A DNA stretch of 64,000 nt, taken from NCBI GenBank assembly GCA_002104905.1, contig MCFE01000198.1, positions 1 through 64,000 on the forward strand, in the 5' to 3' direction. Of this stretch, positions 36,915 to 53,603 are shown piece by piece. A program made the translations under genes and the position numbers. Positions within the stretch are counted from its first letter, which is position 1. Each line of letters opens with the position of its first letter. The notes beneath the pieces were generated by a model. The model saw only the letters and a program-made list of their open reading frames with translations, was not told the origin of the DNA and did not search any database. Source of the stretch: Basidiobolus meristosporus CBS 931.73 (taxonomy: Eukaryota; Fungi; Basidiobolomycota).

Positions 36915-39484
36915 TTAATTACTAGGGCTGATGGCGGTTGTTGCGAGAAAGTTTCTAGAGCGATCGTCCCGACTTGATGTTTGCATGAAATGCTTGATTA
37001 TGTTGCATATCTCGGCTGATAAAGGAATGGTCAGCTGGTGCCTCAATATCTTCGTCAGAAGTGCTTACTTGTCTCTTCCACCGTGGCTCCGATGAATATA
37101 TACGTTTTCGAATCGCTGAGCCCACGGTCGATAACCAGCTTGAATTTGCGTCGATTCTTGCTGCTTTGCTTACATATGAGTATATCTCGGATTTTATAGT
37201 TTGCCTAGATTGGGAAGTTAATCGTGGGCATTTGATTGGGCCAATTTGCACTGAGCAAACTAACCGTTTTAACCGAATCAAACCGTCCCCGATTCTCGGA
37301 GGGGAGAATATGAATATAATCTCCGATGATATCCAGAATTCGTTCGTGGAGCCCCAGTAAGCGTGTCTTACGGTTGACTTTGAAACTCTGTTGGTTCGAT
37401 AGTTAAGGTTTAAGTTAAACACAAGAAGTGAGGGGAGGGTTTGTTACCTTGTAAAATCGTGAACTATCCATATTCTCCGGGATGTTTGACCTGGACAAGG
37501 AGAACGGTTTGTCCCCTCTACGGTTGATTTCGCCATTCGGCTTGAGTGACATAGCGCTGACTAAAAAATCGACGAGATGTGTTACACCGGGAATACCTCA
37601 TAATTGGAAAGCAATCACAACATACCACCCAATGCAGATCCCTTATTTAACAAGACTAGTTCGCTGACTTTCTGATAGTCGTTCACGGTTTTATCCAAGG
37701 GTATTTCCGTGGTAGTGTCAGCGATAATCAAGATGAAGTCTTCTTTTTGTAGTCTCCACTTGCGGCAGACCTGGGAGCGGATATCCATGAAGGTGGTTCG
37801 CACTGATGTTATGATAGTAGTGCTAAGGGTAGTGCTTGTCGGTGAAAAGAAGTAGACTTTCAAGCGGTGGAAAGACGGAGGTGGAGGAGCGGCAGGGATT
37901 TGTGGAGAGTCCAGCTTCGCTCCAGCTGATTCACCAGCATTGTTGTAGGTCTGTGTAGGATTTGTAACCGGTGTAGGTGTAGCAGAGGGGCGTCGGAGAT
38001 TTTGAGCCGACGGTATCTTGCGAAGTATTTCTCTGCTAGGTTTTTTAAGACGCAACCGTTCGTTGACTTTAACTGATATAACATTATGTATGAGGCTGTA
38101 TATCCGGCGATTATAGAGTGTTGGAGCAAAGTACCTTGTGCTGGGGTTGCTTCGCACATCGCAAACTGGTCGAAGAAAAATTTGGAGATCTGTCTGGTTC
38201 GATCCAAAGCTAATACAGCAAGGCAGGTTAACAGAACTCATGGAATTGAAACGGCTTACTTATGCTAACAACAATCTCAATAACTTAAACTTACCTGGGA
38301 AATCTTCATCAATGGTGCCATCATCCTCCACGATGCGCATACTCCAGTGGATCACATCAGAGAGCTTTTCGTCAAGCAAAGGCTTGCGCCCCTCTTCGCA
38401 GAAGCGATACAGCGTAAATCCAATCACTTGTTCAACAGTGGCATCTTTTTTGACCACGATTTCAAGTGGACGCAGGGGTTCCTCCGAGTGAGGCAAAAAT
38501 ATTTTGATAGACATTGTATTCGGTTCACCTATACCAGACTACAATGGGTGAAGTTAGCCATTGAACATCTCTGACCATTGACCACGAAGAATCTTACAAC
38601 TGAACTAAACTCGGCTGAGAATGGGTTTTCAACAGTGTTTTCGCTTTTGCCTTGTATCAGTGTAGAGAGCGCCGAGATATTTTTTTTGGCGCCAAACGGG
38701 TTCGGGAACTCATGCTTATGGTCGGTGGAGAGTGTTGCCTTGGGAGGAGGAGAGCCACCAACCACTTTGATATGTGCATCTGGAAGCAGCAGCCCATCTA
38801 CATCCTTGGCACTCTGATGACCATCAAAAATAAGAGGTTGACCTGGAAAGGCTGGCATGGGAATTCTGAGGTTGGACTGGTCTGATATAGGCAAACTCAT
38901 CAGCACTTCAATTCGTCTCTACCATAGGTAGTTCAAGACAAACCTTTCAATTTGCTTGTTGCGCTAGCTTCCGTCGCAGGAGGGTTGGGTTTGGATTTTT
39001 CGAACAGAATAGGCTCACTTCTACATTTGGGAGAAAAGCAAATAGCCAAGGTCAAAGATAGGCTACTTCGTAGGTCAACAACATTCAATTCATACAAAGC
39101 TGGGACTTCATCATCGTCTTCTATATCAAAATCATCTTCACTATCGTTCAAGTTGTTCTCACTGGAGATGTCCTGAGTGGTGGTAGTTGTTGTTGCTTGA
39201 GCCCAGCGCTGTCGGTTTAAAGGCTTGATTCTTTGAGAAGTCAATGGCAGTATGGAAGCATTTGAGGGCTTATTAAAAGCAACACGGTCTCTTTGATAAG
39301 GGATGTCTGGTGAATAGCAGTATTCCATTTCGGGATAGTTGGGACCTGCAGTTTTAATGTAGGCATTGTCAAATACCGTGTCTGCATCAAACGTAATTAT
39401 CCTTTCTGCAGTTCGATCGTGAAGCCGGAGAAAGCTGATGCGCAACTGGTGTATAATGTATTCATCATCGGCGATGAGAGACAT
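36915..39484 (-). CDS. AVO1: TORC2 subunit Sin1/Avo1, multi-exon
   Basis: N-terminal MSLIADDEYIIHQLRISFL, CRIM region SALSTLI..ENPF..IKIFLP..VEQVIGFTL..MRIVEDDGTIDEDFP, PH domain KVNRKTRLLGLHERILDIIGDYIHILP. Confidence 0.87.
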
Positions 39485-40040
39485 GGATAATTTTATATAC
39501 GTATGATATACGAGGAAGAAGGTTATATAAGAGTTTGTTCAAAAGGAACACTAGAAACAATAGGAACAACGATGTGTCAAAAAGGCATTCCTGCTGAAAT
39601 CATGCGTTGAACAGTACATACCAATGAAATATATCTACTAGCAGTTGGTTAAAATAAAGCACATCTATTCCCGAACCAACGACTGAGTTGGCAAAGTATA
39701 CGGCTGAGAGGAACGAGAGTTTTACCAGTATAGTTTGTCGAGGTACACAAGAACACTCTTTAAGTAGACACTGGAAACAAGAAGTCCAGTTAACAAATTA
39801 ACTATTAGTTGGTGGCCAGACCCGTGAATCAAGCTCAATGGTAAAATTATCGAATAAAAATAACCCGAATTGTAGCTACTCCGGATGAATTTCTGAATAA
39901 ATGCTTGTGTGATTTAGGGTATGGAAAAATGGTACAACTCTGTCGTATCCAACGTTCCAAAGATTACTAAGCCCCTTAGCACATCTTAGTATTATTTACC
40001 ACCACCTCTGCCTACATTTCAACAAACCTTTCCTCCGAAG

Positions 40041-41297
<1,257 letters not shown>

Positions 41298-41549
41298 GTA
41301 TGTGACTACTTTATTTAGAGAAGATTCAAGTAAAAAGCAGTAAAGCATTGAAGCGAGATATTCTTGGCGAGATACCCTTTGTAAATCATTTGCTAATCAT
41401 AATCGTGTTCGTGATGAGTTTATTAGACCAAACTGAAATCAAGCAACAACCTTTTTTACACCTTGCGTTGCCAGGAATATTGGAGTTTGACTATACAAAG
41501 GATGGTGCTTCTTCCAAAGAGTATTATTACATTCTGTCTAACTGTCTAA

Positions 41550-42770
41550 CTAGTACATATCTTGATACATATTCATCATGCGATTAGCCCTAGCCTGATC
41601 AGATGATTGTGGCGGGTTGCCCTGATCAGTGGGGTGTTGAGGTTGGAAGCCATAAGATGGCATTTGTTGTTGATGGTATGGTTGTGGTTGCTGAGGATTT
41701 GGTGGTGTAGGCTGATAGCCGTATACTGAAGGATTTTGTTGGTAATACTGTTGAGGATGGTAGGGATACGGCTGACCATAAACAGGCTGTTGAGGTGTTG
41801 GCATGGGGGGTTGGTTGTAGTTGGGTTGAGGATTGTTCTTTTGTTGGCGTGGTTTGCGGGCCTTTTGCTTAGTCTTCCTCTTGTGTTCTATTTCCTTCTC
41901 ATCGTCCGAAAACTCCATTTCTTTATCGTCAACTTCTTCATCATACATGTTACTAGCGTCTGAACCTTTATCTCTGATGGCCCCGGGGAGCACGTAGTGA
42001 GCCATGTTTGGAATGCTGAATATACGTTTTCCTTTCACGATACGCTCCTTGTCGATGTCGGAGTTCTGGTTAAACCGAACCGAATAGAATGGACGAGAGA
42101 CTGGTCCAAACGTCTCAAAAACGTACCCGAGAGGCTTCCGGTCTTCCATCACCAGTAGACTCCCAGCATCGAGATATTGCGGTTGATCAGAGATGTACGT
42201 CTCTACTACTACTAGATTGTCGATCACCGACGAAATCAAGCCAAGTGGTACGATGGGTGCATTTTCTGGAATTTCAACTTGAATTTCAGGAACAGGAGGG
42301 GGGTCTAGCTCGTGTCGAGTACGAAGGCCACCGGCTGAAACTGAGAAACCCAATTCGTCGTCACAGTCAGCATCCGCTAACGCAGTACCCTCGTCCATAG
42401 AATCATCCTCAGAACTGCTTTCGCTGTCGGAACTACCACTTGAGGATTCCAGATCGCTAGATTCATAATCACTTGGGACAGGTGGAGCAAGTTCCTGTAC
42501 TGTGGTTTCAGCTGGTTGGGTGCCTTCTACGGGGGTGTTGACAACTTGGTTAATGACGTTGTCTGGTTCAGAACCAACAACTGTATTCTCGGTATCCATG
42601 GTTTCTTCAGTGCTAGGAGGAGCGGGAGTATCCTGGCTTTGAACAACCATACTGTCTTCGTTATGTACAATGGTAGCATCCGCGGCTTCAGGGATACTAG
42701 GTGCGTTCAGCATGGTCGACTCAACGTTAGTTGAGGGGACGTCCTTGGGTACTTGACCAACATTATCCAT
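41550..42770 (-). CDS. NAF1: H/ACA RNP assembly factor Naf1, intronless
   Basis: Ser/acidic tract, Gar1/Naf1 domain (VFETFGPVSRPFYSVRF), SDASNMYDEE..EFSDDEKE, Pro/Gln-rich tail. Confidence 0.92.
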   Translation of the reverse strand: MDNVGQVPKDVPSTNVESTMLNAPSIPEAADATIVHNEDSMVVQSQDTPAPPSTEETMDTENTVVGSEPDNVINQVVNTPVEGTQPAETTVQELAPPVPSDYESSDLESSSGSSDSESSSEDDSMDEGTALADADCDDELGFSVSAGGLRTRHELDPPPVPEIQVEIPENAPIVPLGLISSVIDNLVVVETYISDQPQYLDAGSLLVMEDRKPLGYVFETFGPVSRPFYSVRFNQNSDIDKERIVKGKRIFSIPNMAHYVLPGAIRDKGSDASNMYDEEVDDKEMEFSDDEKEIEHKRKTKQKARKPRQQKNNPQPNYNQPPMPTPQQPVYGQPYPYHPQQYYQQNPSVYGYQPTPPNPQQPQPYHQQQMPSYGFQPQHPTDQGNPPQSSDQARANRMMNMYQDMY

Positions 42771-42957
42771 GGTGAAGAAAATTACTGTAGTGGACAGGTA
42801 GTGTATGTTCTATATAGTTGTTTAATGAATTTTTTTTCGCTTTTCAGACTGCTCATTTTCCAAGGAGGGCAGATTTGATTGGATAAGCCAACAAAACCTA
42901 AATATTTGATCAGTGTTTATGGTGTTGGGCTCTCTGATTGACAAACAAAAATGTACA

Positions 42958-46065
<3,108 letters not shown>

Positions 46066-46250
46066 GTACCAACGTCTCTAACATAACCTAGCCTACAAGC
46101 TATAGACTATTTATTATGATTAAAATCAAATTTATTGACAGAAAAATCATACAGGTTCTTGAAATTTTGTTTGACACTATTCCCGATATCACGTGTAGCA
46201 CATAAAACATTCGATTATCCAAGGCCTACCACACTACCAACTTGGGCACA

Positions 46251-48596
46251 ATGTCAAACAACACATTACAATATGAGACTGCAGAAGTGTTGCCATTACC
46301 TATTGACAAGGAATTTTTTGCAGTAGAATATCCAGGATATGTTAAAAACATCGATAGAGTTTTAAATACGATTGGCGGACAATATGGTTTACAAAGGGTA
46401 CAGGAAGAATATATGGACTTCTCGCTCGGTATTGCTTGTTGTATTCATAAAATCTTTGAAAATTACTTGGTTTTAGGCGTTAAAAGAGGAATATGGTTAT
46501 CTGGAGCTTCGATACAGACCTGGAGATCACTTCTCCCATCCGATTAACGGAGATGTCATTCATACGGGGAATTTACTATTGAAAGTGACGCGACGCGTAC
46601 GGCGGAGAAAAACACAAAGACCGGCTTCTACGGAGGAGCAGGAGCTTCCCATGGAAATTGAAGAAGACGGCAATTTTAAAGCTGAGATTATGGGAGTAAT
46701 TAGCAAAACTTGCCGCTTTAGAGGTACTCGCTTCGAAACGAATGGCCCTTCCGTTTTTTGAATAACCTCGAGCGTCTCAACTAAAGGAATGGCCGATTAC
46801 CAATACCTTCCCGACCCTGTAGACCCTATAGCACAATTCAGGAAATCATTGCAGTCCCTCGATGGTAGTGACCCTCTTCCTCGTGAGTGTATGCATACAC
46901 TACTAAACCAATACCTCAGTTGAAAGTATCCGCAAATTTCCCATAGATATCGATTGTACCATGAGCAGAACGCCCAACCTGCCACCCCCGTCTTTCTCTA
47001 GAATTGAATGTCCTATGGACTACGGGTAACTCCTATGCTTTAATATCAGCACCAGTCGCATGTAACTTATCATTCATTAGCTATCGCCAAAACACATCCG
47101 TCGTCAAAGTGCTGGTTCAAAAGAACGAAGACGAGGTATTACTTGACTGTCTGATTGTAATTGAACCAACCAATACTTACAAATACCTCAGCCACCAGTG
47201 GTCAAACTTATTAACCGCAGACGTAGACGTAAGTTTGTTGCGTACTCCATCGACTTTGAAGCCAAGTCAGTCCCAAGCCATCCTCCTGAGGATGCGGTGA
47301 AGTTCTCCTCACAGATCCCTGAAGAGAGCATTGAAAACATCCAAGCGGTAGAAATACGTTTATTCCACTGGAAGTGGGATGATGAAACTAATCAGGTTTT
47401 GTGAGCCAGCTCTTTGAAAAACGTCCCATGTGGACGCGCTCTGCGTTGCAAAACAATCTGCCAAATAGTGATCGAAAGATCATCAAAAGGTATGCTGATG
47501 ATTGTCATGACCATGACTTTGGGCAAATACGTTAACCGTCTTGCTAAAGATTGCTACCCTTTGCTGCGTACTGGATGTCGAGCGGACCTTGGAGGGATTG
47601 TTGGATAAGATATAACTATGACCCTCGCCAACATGTGGACGCAAGATTGTAAGTATTCGAGTGGGCTCATACCTACAGCATTCTTACGCTTTTGTGTGGC
47701 GTAGCTATCAGCTTTTAGATATCCGATACACTGCTCGTCCTCGACAGCTTGGTCGAGCTAAGCGACTGTTACGTGCCAAATATGATACATTGAACCAAGA
47801 TATTCTTGACCAGCAAAGCTCTGATACTACCATGCAAGAAGATGCAGACTCCAGTGAGCAGGCCGCTGGGTATACAATGCCGTTACATCTCCCAGCAATC
47901 GCTTCAACTGACATTCACTCCACTAGGGTAAATCCAGATAGATCTCACATCTTCGACGGACGAAACAAGCAGAGGGAGGTAGCGGTGTACCAGATGTGTG
48001 ATATAACCTACCCTCGAATCAGGAACCTTGTCGAAAGCAAAGAGGGGCTTCGTAAACTCTGCGATGTAAGCCTCCGCTGTCATTTCTCTCTAAGCTCGAG
48101 TGTTTAACATCATCGATAGGAAAAGGATGGCTGGTATAGTAAACAGTTGATGGATTTGATGAGAAAAACGTTGCGTCGGAAAATCGCATCCTTGGCTAGA
48201 GGAGAAGAAACAGATCCAGAAGAGGATATGCCTCTGCAGTTGGATGACAACGATGAAGCAGGCGACAATGGATCTGATAGCGGTGGCGAAATAGATAAAG
48301 CAATTACTTCAAAGGTACGGCCTCACCCCTGCCTCTAGTTCTCCGACAACTCCGTTAACTCAATGCTTTCAATAGGTTGATCAACTAATGAGAAATCTTC
48401 AGCGAGCCCAGCTTGGAGCTCAAGATCATGATGGTTAGTATGATTATTGTTGACCACTGCCAATCTTAGTTACTCAGTGGTTCGCCTTTTTGTAGATGAA
48501 TTTGAGCAAGAGGTGGGAATGTATCAATTGGATGATATGGACGAATACGAAAATGTCTTTGGCGACGACGAAGATGTTGAGTCTGAATCTGAATGA
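46251..48596 (+). CDS. TFC1: TFIIIC subunit tau95 (Tfc1/Sfc1/GTF3C5), multi-exon
   Basis: FAVEYPGYVKNIDRVLNTIGG N-domain, FRGMADYQY, ERPTW, GPWRDCWI-like segment, YQMCDI, KDGWY, acidic C-terminus. Confidence 0.85.
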
Positions 48597-48632
48597 TTTA
48601 TTCCTGAATGCAATTGGTACTTGTGTTGATGA

Positions 48633-49046
48633 TTACAATAAAGCTTTGACTGTCAGTGCGGACATGAATAAACCTGCTGTAGCATACCCCATCCTGACTC
48701 CTTCATTCTTGTTTCCTGGCGCCACTCCAGGCTTGGTGAGATTGCCGTAGCTCAGGCTGTCACAGCAACTACCCGCCCCGTTGCATAACCCGAATTCGGT
48801 ACACTTCGTTGCTTTGCAGGAGCAACACACTTGGTCCTTGTACACTTGATAGTATGCGGAGACACCGCCACAAATGCGGTCACAAGTCATCAGAGTAAGA
48901 TATTCCGTGAGGTTGGTGAACACAACCTGATGTTGTTGAACATCTTCCTGCAGGGTAGTACAGAGGCTAACATTGGTTGTTGGGGTGTTTTGTCCGTAGA
49001 CAAGAGCAAAGAGCTTTGTAAAGAGTAGAAAAGATAAGGGATACAT
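48633..49046 (-). CDS. Small secreted cysteine-rich, probably GPI-anchored protein (137 aa, orphan)
   Basis: Signal peptide ending ALVYG|Q, 10 Cys, three N-x-S/T sequons, C-terminal NKNEG spacer plus hydrophobic tail. Confidence 0.75.
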   Translation of the reverse strand: MYPLSFLLFTKLFALVYGQNTPTTNVSLCTTLQEDVQQHQVVFTNLTEYLTLMTCDRICGGVSAYYQVYKDQVCCSCKATKCTEFGLCNGAGSCCDSLSYGNLTKPGVAPGNKNEGVRMGYATAGLFMSALTVKALL

Positions 49047-49502
49047 TAATATCAACCAACGTAGGAGTCTGGCTTTAATCCTCTTGGGTCAAACTATGTA
49101 GGCTTAGCATCTCATCATGCATAAAATAAGCACCCAATGAAGCATTTGGGAGGGGAACCTCCAAGAAGGAAATAACCCGAGCAATGTTGATTATATTTAA
49201 GCAGCATGACTACTGATCGAGTGTAGTTAGCATCACTGCACATGATCCATCTATTGTACACCACACAAAGGCTGGGGTAAAATTGCGGGGAGATTTTTTC
49301 CTGAGAGATGAATTACAGAAAGTTTCTGGGGAAGTTGAATGTCAATTTGGTTTCATCAAAACCATTTTTCTTGTCTCCCACTGTCTTTCGGAACGTGGCC
49401 GCTATATTCGACTACTCCTTAGTGTCCATACAACCACTCATTCCACTAACCCTTCGTAATTTGACAACCCGATTCTCCGTTCGCTGAACTATTAAATATA
49501 CA

Positions 49503-51032
49503 ATGTCTTCCGCAAGACTCCTTTCCCGTTGTTTCAATACTACTAGAAGCTTCTCTTCCAGCTGGAGAAACTCTGTGTTTCGTGCCGCTGCCCCCAAGTG
49601 GGGTGTGAGCAGAAGCATGGCAACCGAGGCCCCTCAAGCCAACACCCTCTCTCAAGAGCGCAAACGCTATGGTGCCCCCTACACTCCCACCTCCCAACCA
49701 TTGGCTTCTGTTGATGAAAATGAACTACCTGATGAGATGGTTTCTCTTGGGGAAGGTACATGATTCCTGATATTTAACATAACTAGCTCTCACCCCTGGT
49801 CATCTAACAAAACCCGCCTTTACCCTTTTCTCGAACAAGAGTCATCCGCTTTGCCTGATGAGATTAAGACCCGTAACATGACAGTAAATTTCGGTCCTCA
49901 GCATCCTGCTGCTCACGGTGTGTTGCGTCTGATTTTGGAACTCCAAGGTGAAATCATCCAACGTGCTGATCCACATATCGGTCTTCTCCATCGTGGTACC
50001 GAGAAGCTCATCGAGTACAAGACCTATCTCCAGGCACTCCCATACTTCGATCGTTTGGATTATTGCTCCATGATGTGCAACGAACAGGCTTACTCTCTTG
50101 CTGTTGAGAAGCTTCTCAACATCGAGATCCCTGAGCGTGCTAAATATATTCGTACCTTGTTCGGCGAGATCACACGTATCATCAATCACCAAATGTCCAT
50201 CTACACACACACCATGGATGTCGGTGCTTTGACCCCATTCTTGTGGATGTTCGAAGAGCGTGAGAAGCTCATGGAGTTCTACGAACGTGTTTCTGGCGCT
50301 CGTATGCACGCAGCCTATGTTCGCCCCGGTGGTGTTGCCTACGACCTTCCCCTAGGTCTTATGGACGATATCTATGAATGGGCTACCCGCTACAGCTCTC
50401 GTATTGACGAGACCGAAGAGGCTTTGACCGGAAATCGTATCTGGAAGAACCGTACCATCGGCATTGGTAAGGTCACCTACCAGCAAGCATTGGACTGGTC
50501 ATTCTCCGGAGTCATGCTTCGTGGCTCCGGCATCCAATGGGATTTGCGTAAGGTTGCCCCATATGATGCCTACGATAAGATGGACTTCGACGTCCCCATT
50601 GGTATCAATGGTGATTGCTACGACCGTTTCATCTGCCGTGTGGAAGAGATGAGACAATCCCTTCGCATCATTCACCAATGCTTGAACCAAATGCCTGCCG
50701 GCCCCGTCAAGGTAGAGGATGCCAAGATCGCCCCTCCCTCCCGTGGCGACATGAAGGAGTCCATGGAGAGTTTGATTCATCACTTCAAGTTGTACTCTGA
50801 AGGTTACTCGGTCCCTGCCGGCGAGACCTATACCGCCATCGAAGCCCCCAAGGGCGAGTTTGGTGTGTACTTGGTCTCCGACGGATCCAACCGTCCCTAT
50901 AGATGCAAAATCAAGGCCCCTGGATTCTCCCATTTGGCCGGTTCCGACTTCATGGCCCGTGGTCACATGATTGCCGATATGGTCACCATTATTGGTACAT
51001 GCGATATTGTGTTCGGCGAAGTCGATCGTTAA
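49503..51032 (+). CDS. NDUFS2: Complex I 49-kDa subunit (NDUFS2/NUO-49), 2 exons
   Basis: Mitochondrial presequence, [32 protein letters not shown], terminal DIVFGEVDR; intron about 49756-49839. Confidence 0.97.
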
Positions 51033-51246
51033 GTTGCCCAAGAATCTATTTACCACCCTTTCATCTCCACCAACCAACATTTATATTACATCTGCTCTTT
51101 CCTCATGATTACCTTGAAAATTTCTGTATCTTCTTGGCTATACTTCAAATAAATGAACTCATTGATACATGATTGGCTTTATTGAGGGGAGTGCTTATGT
51201 ATTCCAGTGGGGCGAATGGGGCGAGTATGATGCATTTACACGAGGG

Positions 51247-53126
51247 TTAAAAATCGAACTCCCCACGAAAAGATTGAAGATCCCGCGAATCACACCGACT
51301 TGCCAGGTCTGGTCTGTTGATCATGTACAGGGTCATTCTAAGCGTGTCCCACACATTGCTGGACATCCCAGAATCTCCGGATGGAGGAAGTTTTCCCTTT
51401 CCGTTGCCGTCCCCGGATTGCAATGCTAGAGCCTGTAGCAGATGCTCAGCCGCCTCGTGGTGCTGACCCAGATTAATACAACTGACTGCCAGGTTGTATC
51501 TAGCACGGATGTATGACGGGTTGATTTCAAGTGCATTGAAGTAGGCGTCGATCGCGCGCCCTGGGTCGTTCGAGTTGGCCAATGTGGCCCCCAGCTTGTT
51601 CCAGAGAAGATAGTCATTGGGCTTGGATGCCAAGGCTGCTTGGAAGCAGTCCACCGCTTTGCTGTACTCTTCCGAGATGTTTAACAGAACGCCTAGACCC
51701 ACCTGGACATCCGGGTCGACATCCTGGCTCCTTTGTCGGGCTGCTTCCAAGAACAGATTTGTGACAGCAGTGTGACGATCGCGATCCATGGAGTTTTGGC
51801 CATTGATGATATCATGGTATTGAGGATGGTTGCTGATCCACGATTGCAATGAATCATAGGCGTCGCTTCGAAGATTCTCGTTAGTGTAGGACACAGCAAG
51901 AGCAATCCATGCCTCAAGGATAGTAGGGTCAATATTAATGGCACGACGTAAGGCGGCGATGGCCTCAGGCTCCCGTTCATTCTCTTGTTGACGAATTCCA
52001 AGCCGATTCCAGGCCAAGCCATCTTGGGGATCCAGCTGGACCTTGGCTTCAAGCATCAGGATGGATTCATTCAAGTCCGCAGCGAGAGTATCTTCCTTTA
52101 TGAGGGATGGGTTGGCAAGGAAAGGATTATTCTCCTGGAAGTGATATTCATTGTACATAGGGTGGTTGGCACCAAGGCTCTGTTTATCCCATTCTCCTTG
52201 TAGTTTACTCCATTCTTGGTCTTCATCCAAATGTTTGATTTCATCGACTTCTTCATCGGAGTCGTCCCAGACGCTGTTGAACTCCTTTCTACCTTCGGAG
52301 TAAACAAACTCATTCGATAGGCTGTTATCGCCTTGAAGCTCGTTAGCATGCTGTGTTTCAAATTCGCCAGCCCAAGAGTTGTCTTGTCTTTCGAACTCCT
52401 GCTCCCAGCTAGCTCCTTGCTTGGCTTGTTCGAAGGCGCGGTCGAATTCTTCGGTTTCGTTTGGTAGCAGAGCAGTGTTCTCTTGCTCGTAGCGAGCAAA
52501 TTCATCCTCCCAACCAGCTGAAATCCAAAGTTTGTTGAGTCGCTACTCACGGCATACACACTCAAATAGCGTGGTTACCTTGAATGTTGGGGTTTTGATG
52601 TTGTCTAAACACTTCTTCAAACTCGGCAAAATGAGGATCAACACCACCCGCTTGTAACTCGGGTTGCTTCATGAAATCGGCGGCCCAATCGCCAGGTACT
52701 GGTCCTCCTGGCATTCCCTGGATGTGGTCTAATTCATGACCAAGTTGATCAAAATTATACATGTCCTCCACCATTACACCTCCTTCGGACAAAAACTCTT
52801 CGGTGAAATTACGCTCGATTACTCCCGGTCCAGCGGGTCCCCGAAATGCCTGCGAAAGAAGAGGCGACGGTTAAGTTCCGAAGGAGGAGAAATTAGAGGG
52901 AGTTTACACTTACACCACGACTGGAAGAAGCGCTCATGTCTGGACCGAATCGGTCCTAATAAGCCAATTAAGCGTTTAGGTAAGGGCCGAAAGATACTGG
53001 CTTCGTAAGAAATTACAATACCTGCTGTAAAGACCGGTCTTGTCCGAAACGCTTCATTAAACCGCTCATAGGGTTGCCAGAAGAGCAATCAGCCCCTCCC
53101 CCAACCAGATCTTGGAATGCTGACAT
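51247..53126 (-). CDS. PEX5: PTS1 receptor Pex5, 4 exons
   Basis: N-terminal MSAFQDLVGGGADCSSGNP with the conserved Cys, four WxxxF motifs (WAADF, WEDEF, WEQEF, WAGEF), TPR block ENNPF..LWNKLGATLANS..RARYNLAVSC. Confidence 0.94.
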
Positions 53127-53603
53127 GATATATGTGAAGTGTGAAGAGATATCAAAAGGGGTTCCCACCAAATATTATACAACTGGAAATGTAGAGGATA
53201 TCGAAAAGGCAGTACAGCTATCGTATCTCCAAGTTTACGCAAAAGCCATGAAAAAGCTGGAGGTTTAAAAGATCGTAGAATTGAGATCGCAGCGTCCACT
53301 TGACCTGCAATGGTTCAGCAATTAAGCAAATAGAGAAAAATGGTTCACATTAGTCACACAGGATAACCTAAAATGGTACCGATTATCAAGTGAATGGTAT
53401 GATCAATCTATAAAACCAACATCTATGTCTAGTGTTCTACAGATTGTGGTAAAGGCTTGTCTCGAAGCTGGGTAGTCCAACCATTCGAGTTGCATCTGAG
53501 ATGTCACCGTAACTCAATCTAGCGAATACTTCGTAATTACAAATATGGTTGCTAATCAATTTTGCTTATGCTTATTCAGCATTCATTTGAATGTTACTTA
53601 AGT

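Noticed and set aside
39964-39970. Yap response element TTACTAA upstream of SPE3 (others at about 17545 and 60234)
   Set aside because: A 7-mer is expected several times by chance on two strands of 64 kb.
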